A program made the translations under genes and the position numbers. From Candidatus Zambryskiibacteriota bacterium (GTDB lineage: Bacteria; Patescibacteriota; Minisyncoccia; Phycocordibacterales; Zambryskibacteraceae), in NCBI GenBank assembly GCA_016177225.1, contig JACOVQ010000004.1, positions 3,328 to 67,327 of the forward strand: a stretch of 64,000 bases of DNA. The letters are read 5' to 3'. This document shows positions 59,420 to 64,000 of this stretch, piece by piece (the first letter of the stretch is position 1; the number at the start of each line of letters is the position of its first letter). The notes below the pieces were generated by a model. That model was not told the origin of the DNA and did not search any database. It saw only the letters and a program-made list of their open reading frames with translations.

Positions 59420-59491
59420 TGACCTCACGGGGAATCGGACCCCGGTTCCAGCCTTGAGAAGGCTGTGTCCTAGCCGCTAGACGATGAGGCC
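59420..59491 (-). tRNA. tRNA-Glu (anticodon CTC), T loop TCCGATT (C at position 55), CCA not encoded
   Basis: Reverse complement GGCCTCATCGTCTAGCGGCTAGGACACAGCCTTCTCAAGGCTGGAACCGGGGTCCGATTCCCCGTGAGGTCA. Confidence 0.6.
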
Positions 59492-59534
59492 TCAAAAGCA
59501 AAGAATATATGAAAACTTACGCTGAATCAAGATT

Positions 59535-61280
59535 TCAGCGTGGCGCTGCTGGAGCGGACTCTCTGTCGGGAGCGATGTTGTAATAGTTAATTATAAATTT
59601 GGTGAGATTGATGAAACTGTCGGTCAAAGTTTCTGAAGCAAACTGCACGCCTTTGGGATAGTAAGTATATAAAAATACTAGATAGCGTGGTTCATATGCC
59701 GGGAAATAGCCAAAGAATGAGTGCAGGAAGCGGTCGTCGTAGTACCCGGCCACATCAGAGCGCGCGATTTGAGCTGTGCCGGTTTTAGCCGCGACGCTAT
59801 AATGCTCGAGCCGCACTTGCCCGTTACGAAGCGAGCGGTCTACCACCTCCGTAAGCATCCGAGAAATTTCTGTCGAGGCTTCAGGACTAATTACTCGCTC
59901 CCGCTCCTCTGCCGAAGGATAAGAAATATTTTTTGTCGGGCCCAATTTATACTTTATCGCTTTTACCAAGTGTGGCGTGACAAGTATGCCACCGTTTGCC
60001 AAAGCGGAGAGAGCGCGAACGGTGGCTATCGGCGTAAGCGCGATGCCTTGGCCGAAAGAAGCTTGGGCCGCTTCGAGTTCCCTACCCGTTTTAAGATTTG
60101 ATACAAGCGATTTGCCTTCGTTTGGCAAGTCAATGCCCGTGAGATTTTCAAATCCAAACTTAAGAAGGCGTTCGTTAAAGTTTTTAGCGCCCATCTTTTG
60201 CGTGATAAAGGTGGCGCCGGTATTGAGCGATTTATTTAAAACGGTCTGCATGGAGACGTTTGAACCATGCGATTTGCCATCGTAGTTGCAGAAAGTCTTG
60301 GCGTTTAAAGTCATACAGCCGGGGTCATTGTATGTGGTTTTAGCGGTAATGGCGCCGGAGTCGAGTCCGACCGCAAATGACAACGCCTTAATAATCGAAC
60401 CCATCTCATAGCGGTCCTCTATTAGAGGATCGCTAAAAATCTTTGAATCCTTCTCATTTTGCGGAAAGTTTGGGTCAAAAGCCGGCGTGAGAGCCATGGC
60501 GGCGATTTCTCCGCTCATGGGGTCGATAATGATGCCGCCGGTAAATTCGGAAGAATATTTGTTAGTCACTTTTACAAGCTCGCTTTCCAAAAATGCTTGA
60601 ACCGAAGGTTCCATAGTGGTAACAATGTCTCCCTCAAGGCTCTTATCAGATTTCACGGCTCGACTAAGGTTGGCGAAGATTTCGGCAAAAAAGTTTACGA
60701 AAGCTTCATCGCTCTCTCGCACCAATGTTTGTTCATAAAATCTTTCAAGGCCGTATCTTCCGGCAAGATTATCTCCTTGGTAACCAATTAAGCCGATAGC
60801 ATGAGCGGCCATGTTCTCTCCCGGGTAGAATCGCCACCTGTCCCGTTCAACGGAAATGCCCGGAATTTTTAACAACCTGATTGTCTCGGCAATTTCCAAG
60901 CTGAGGCGCTTGGCAAGTTCGCGGTAGGCGCTATCGGTGTCCGCTTTAGTTAAAAAATCTTCTTTATCTATGGGCGCGATGGCATTAATCTTCTCAAACA
61001 CGCTTTCCAAATTTTTCTCTTGCTTTAAAAGGCGCGGATTTATATATAAAGTAAACCCGGAACCGATACTGGCGGCCGGCACGAGAGAACCCTCTTTAGC
61101 GGTGAAAAAAATTGAGCCTCGGTCAAAATAATGAGTGCTTGCGATGTATTGGCCTTCCGCTTTGGCGCTAAGGCGGTCTCCCATAAAAATCTGAATCCAG
61201 TAAAGTCTTATGACCAAGATGCCGGCCGCGACAAAGACGATAAGCGTCAAAAGACGCAATCTATTCCCAAAATGGCGCAT
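59535..61280 (-). CDS. ftsI: peptidoglycan D,D-transpeptidase (PBP2/FtsI class B)
   Basis: N-terminal TM, SIIK (SxxK), SHGS, KTG motifs. Confidence 0.85.
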   Translation of the reverse strand: MRHFGNRLRLLTLIVFVAAGILVIRLYWIQIFMGDRLSAKAEGQYIASTHYFDRGSIFFTAKEGSLVPAASIGSGFTLYINPRLLKQEKNLESVFEKINAIAPIDKEDFLTKADTDSAYRELAKRLSLEIAETIRLLKIPGISVERDRWRFYPGENMAAHAIGLIGYQGDNLAGRYGLERFYEQTLVRESDEAFVNFFAEIFANLSRAVKSDKSLEGDIVTTMEPSVQAFLESELVKVTNKYSSEFTGGIIIDPMSGEIAAMALTPAFDPNFPQNEKDSKIFSDPLIEDRYEMGSIIKALSFAVGLDSGAITAKTTYNDPGCMTLNAKTFCNYDGKSHGSNVSMQTVLNKSLNTGATFITQKMGAKNFNERLLKFGFENLTGIDLPNEGKSLVSNLKTGRELEAAQASFGQGIALTPIATVRALSALANGGILVTPHLVKAIKYKLGPTKNISYPSAEERERVISPEASTEISRMLTEVVDRSLRNGQVRLEHYSVAAKTGTAQIARSDVAGYYDDRFLHSFFGYFPAYEPRYLVFLYTYYPKGVQFASETLTDSFINLTKFIINYYNIAPDRESAPAAPR

Positions 61281-61285
61281 AATTT

Positions 61286-61666
61286 TTACCTGCTGACAGT
61301 ATTAAGTGACAAAGAAGGAGCTTTGTTTCTTGTGACGAAAAGCGGAGATTTTTCTTCTTTAAATCCTTCTGCATAAGCAGTATCGATAGTAACATTGTTG
61401 CGCAGAGTTATATAGCTAAATTCGAGCGAATCAAGGCTGGTGGAAATGACAGCCGTCTGTCTCTCCATGTTTTGGCGCAAGGCGATGTGTCTTGCGGTGG
61501 CGTTGATGGCATACATATATACTCCAAGCGAAGCTAAGACAACGGTCATGAGAACCCAAAAGATGCGGGCTCGATAATCGTATGAAATAACCATTGCCCT
61601 TCCCTGTCCGAAAGGGAGAACTAGCTGGTCTTTACTTATATTCATTCGTCTTCTCATGTTTTTCAA
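61286..61666 (-). CDS. ftsL: FtsL-like small bitopic division protein
   Basis: Position between rsmH and ftsI; single TM. Confidence 0.5.
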   Translation of the reverse strand: MKNMRRRMNISKDQLVLPFGQGRAMVISYDYRARIFWVLMTVVLASLGVYMYAINATARHIALRQNMERQTAVISTSLDSLEFSYITLRNNVTIDTAYAEGFKEEKSPLFVTRNKAPSLSLNTVSR

Positions 61667-62498
61667 TAATTCTTAACTTCGCGCTTCTCGAACGCGGATT
61701 TTCCTTTACTTCTTCGTCGCTCGGCGTGATGGGTTTTTTGGTAATGAGTTTCGCCAGACCTGCCCTTGCTTTATCTCTGAAAAAGTTTTTGACAATTCTG
61801 TCTTCAAGCGAATGGAAGGAAATGACTGCAAACCGGCCGGATGGATTAAGGATTTCGAAACCTTTTTGCAAACCTTCCTCCAGCGCGTCGAGTTCCGAGT
61901 TGACGGCGATGCGGAACGCTTGGAAAGTTTTAGTGGCGGGATGAATTCTGTCGCGAAAGTGTCGAGGTTTAGCGGCAAGTACGGCATCTACAAGTTCTGA
62001 AGTAGTTTCGAATGGCTTGATTTTTCTTCGCTCCGCAATTTCTCGGGCAATTTTCTTTGAGAACCTCTCTTCTCCGAAGCCGCGCAGGATGAGTTCAATG
62101 GCAGACTCATCCCAGGAGTTTAAAATGTCTGCGGCAGTCGGACCCTTTCGAGAAAGTCTCATGTCGAGAGCCTCATCTCTTTGGAAAGAGAGTCCTTCCA
62201 CTCCCCCTTCAATCTGAATGCTTGAGAATCCGAGGTCAAGCAGTATTGCATCTGGTCTAATATCTCCGAGAAGCGTGTCTAAATCTCTGAAGTTACCTGT
62301 AATGTCTGCGCCTGTTTCCGGGTCCTGATCAATAGTGATAATTTTGATTTTTCCATTTTGCCTTTTGATTTCACTACTATGTCCGCCCCCTCCGTAAGTA
62401 GCATCAATAAAAATCTTTCCGTTCCCTAAATTCAATGCCTCTATGCTCTCGTGTAAAAGAACAGACCTATGTCTAGCGGGCATGATGTTATCACGCAT
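61632..62498 (-). CDS. rsmH: 16S rRNA (cytosine1402-N4)-methyltransferase RsmH
   Basis: IFIDATYGGGGHS; start set at MRDNIMPARH overlapping the mraZ stop (ATGCGTGA). Confidence 0.85.
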   Translation of the reverse strand: MRDNIMPARHRSVLLHESIEALNLGNGKIFIDATYGGGGHSSEIKRQNGKIKIITIDQDPETGADITGNFRDLDTLLGDIRPDAILLDLGFSSIQIEGGVEGLSFQRDEALDMRLSRKGPTAADILNSWDESAIELILRGFGEERFSKKIAREIAERRKIKPFETTSELVDAVLAAKPRHFRDRIHPATKTFQAFRIAVNSELDALEEGLQKGFEILNPSGRFAVISFHSLEDRIVKNFFRDKARAGLAKLITKKPITPSDEEVKENPRSRSAKLRIIEKHEKTNEYK

Positions 62499-62886
62499 AT
62501 TCACTCTCAAGCTTCTTTCTATAGACTGCCCAGCGCGAAGCGCTCCATATCTCAACTCTGTCGTGAACACCGGTAATAATGATGGTGTTCTTAAGGTCTG
62601 CAAATTCTCGTAAGAATTCCGGGATGAGAATTCTGCCTATAGAATCAATCTCGATTTCAGCCGCCCCAGAGAAAGTGAATCGCGCGAAGCGTGGATCAGT
62701 TTCGACGTGACCTAGTTTTCCAATCTCCTCGGAGATTTGAAGCCAGGTCCGGTGGGGATAGAGAAAAAGGCAATGATCTTTGCCTCGAGTAACAACAATT
62801 TTCCTGCCGAGAGCTTTTCGGAATCGCGCAGGCAAAGAGAAACGATTTTTCTCGTCAACCGTATGTGTGTACTCGCCAATAAACAT
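62491..62886 (-). CDS. mraZ: transcriptional regulator MraZ
   Basis: MFIGEYTHTVDEKNRFSLP two-repeat pattern. Confidence 0.85.
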   Translation of the reverse strand: MFIGEYTHTVDEKNRFSLPARFRKALGRKIVVTRGKDHCLFLYPHRTWLQISEEIGKLGHVETDPRFARFTFSGAAEIEIDSIGRILIPEFLREFADLKNTIIITGVHDRVEIWSASRWAVYRKKLESEYA

Positions 62887-62998
62887 TGTTTTTTCATATT
62901 ACCACTTATTTCCACCAGTTCCTATCTTATCCCACCGTCCACCACAATACTAGACGAGTTATCCACAGGTCCTTTTGTACCATTTATCTTTTGATATA

Positions 62999-64000
62999 TT
63001 AAATATCCAACACTGCCTTCTTGGCGTTGGACTGGATAAAAGATTTGCGGGAAGGAACATCGGAGCCCATGAGGATGTCGAAGATGCGGTCGGCTTCGCG
63101 CGCGTCGTCGATAGTCACTTGTTTTAAAATTCGCACGGCCGGATTCATGGTCGTCTCCCAGAGTTCTTCGGCATTCATCTCTCCCAAACCTTTATATCGC
63201 TGGATGTCCGTGCCTTCTCCAGCGTATTTATCTCTTTCAGCATCGGAATATGCGTACACGACATCTTTTTTACCCCCGCCCGCAACGCTCTCGCTTGCGA
63301 GGCGGGCGGGCTTTTTAATTTTATAAAGCGGAGGCTGGGCGATGTAAACATAACCAGCGTCAATGAGCGGGCGAAAAAATCTGTAAAGCAAAGTTAAAAG
63401 CAGAGTACGGATATGAGCGCCGTCCACATCGGCGTCGGTGGCAATGATGATTTTATGATAGCGGAGTTTCGTGATATCAAAAGTATCCCCTATAGCTGTG
63501 CCCAGAGCGACTACCAAATTCTTAATCTGTTCTGATGCAAGCATGCGGTCAAGGCGGGCACGCTCTATGTTTAAAATTTTTCCTCGCAAAGGCAAAATCG
63601 CCTGAATGCGCCTATCTCGGCCCATTTTAGCCGTACCGCCCGCTGAGTCTCCCTCCACGATAAATAATTCTGATTCCTCGGCCGACTTCGACTGGCAATC
63701 GGCAAGTTTTCCCGGCAAGGTCATGCCTTCAAGCGCGCCTTTACGAAGGACGGAATCCTTGGCAGCCTTAGCCGCCTTGCGAGCCTTCAGGGCGAGCACC
63801 ACTTTCTGGATGATGGCTCTGGCGTCGTCCGGATTTTCTTCCAAGAAATTCGAGAAAGCATCGCCGAAGACGCTCGTGACCATGGTTTGTGCTTCTACGC
63901 TTCCGAGTTTTCCTTTCGTCTGGCCTTCAAATTGGATTTCCTGCAATTTGATGGAAATGACGGCGGTTAAGCCTTCCAATACATCGTCTCCGGTAAAATT
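62999..64000 (-). CDS. gyrB: DNA gyrase subunit B, C-terminal part (gene continues beyond the window end)
   Basis: Toprim plus GyrB C-terminal region, ends ...AVLDI. Confidence 0.8.
   Translation of the reverse strand, partial: NFTGDDVLEGLTAVISIKLQEIQFEGQTKGKLGSVEAQTMVTSVFGDAFSNFLEENPDDARAIIQKVVLALKARKAAKAAKDSVLRKGALEGMTLPGKLADCQSKSAEESELFIVEGDSAGGTAKMGRDRRIQAILPLRGKILNIERARLDRMLASEQIKNLVVALGTAIGDTFDITKLRYHKIIIATDADVDGAHIRTLLLTLLYRFFRPLIDAGYVYIAQPPLYKIKKPARLASESVAGGGKKDVVYAYSDAERDKYAGEGTDIQRYKGLGEMNAEELWETTMNPAVRILKQVTIDDAREADRIFDILMGSDVPSRKSFIQSNAKKAVLDI

Noticed and set aside
59535-62886. Possibility that the minus-strand dcw genes belong to a different replicon or are misassembled
   Set aside because: Gene order mraZ-rsmH-ftsL-ftsI is canonical and the overlaps are typical (ATGCGTGA at mraZ/rsmH); nothing suggests misassembly.

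Overview
This 64-kb window looks like a compact, gene-dense chromosome from a reduced-genome bacterium, possibly of the CPR/Patescibacteria type. That placement is inferred from short or split aminoacyl-tRNA synthetases, a one-domain L9, a compact YchF and tRNAs without encoded CCA. Host backbone genes include:
- murD (5' end truncated by the window edge).
- Large transporters and synthetases: a P-type ATPase, ychF, leuS, mltG, mnmA.
- A ribosomal/RNAP cluster: infA-rpmJ-rpsM-rpsK-rpsD-rpoA-rplQ-rplM-rpsI.
- grpE-dnaK-dnaJ, an ABC exporter, trpS, aspS, scpAB, a D,D-carboxypeptidase, asnB.
- A split division/cell-wall arrangement: mraY-(2 membrane proteins)-ftsW-murG on the + strand, and mraZ-rsmH-ftsL-ftsI on the - strand.
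- gltX, rpmA, rplI, ctpA, cysS, dnaB, recR, rplU, rmuC, yqeY, ogt, and a partial gyrB at the window end.

Non-core content:
1. A ~5.5-kb GC-richer integrated element (~1.55-7.03 kb). It ends in a large serine recombinase whose 3' end overlaps tRNA-Ala(TGC), and carries a divergent XRE/Cro-like switch, a P-loop replication-type NTPase and an RNase-H-fold protein.
2. A cluster of three tRNA-Ala isoacceptors (TGC canonical; GGC and CGC with non-canonical D/T loops), close to an alaS gene that encodes only the catalytic fragment.
3. A two-gene module at 20.35-21.8 kb. A PaaX-like wHTH regulator is bracketed by two 35-bp near-identical palindromes. Immediately downstream is an ATP-cone::PD-(D/E)xK nuclease fusion, followed by a family-4 UDG. 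This is the most interesting candidate for an undescribed nucleotide-sensing nuclease system.
4. Small cassettes flanked by inverted repeats: NUDIX + four-helix-bundle, and a DUF559 endonuclease.
5. A ~900-bp non-coding stretch next to a solitary MazF-like toxin.
6. Several strong hairpins and palindromes.

No CRISPR array and no rRNA genes were seen.
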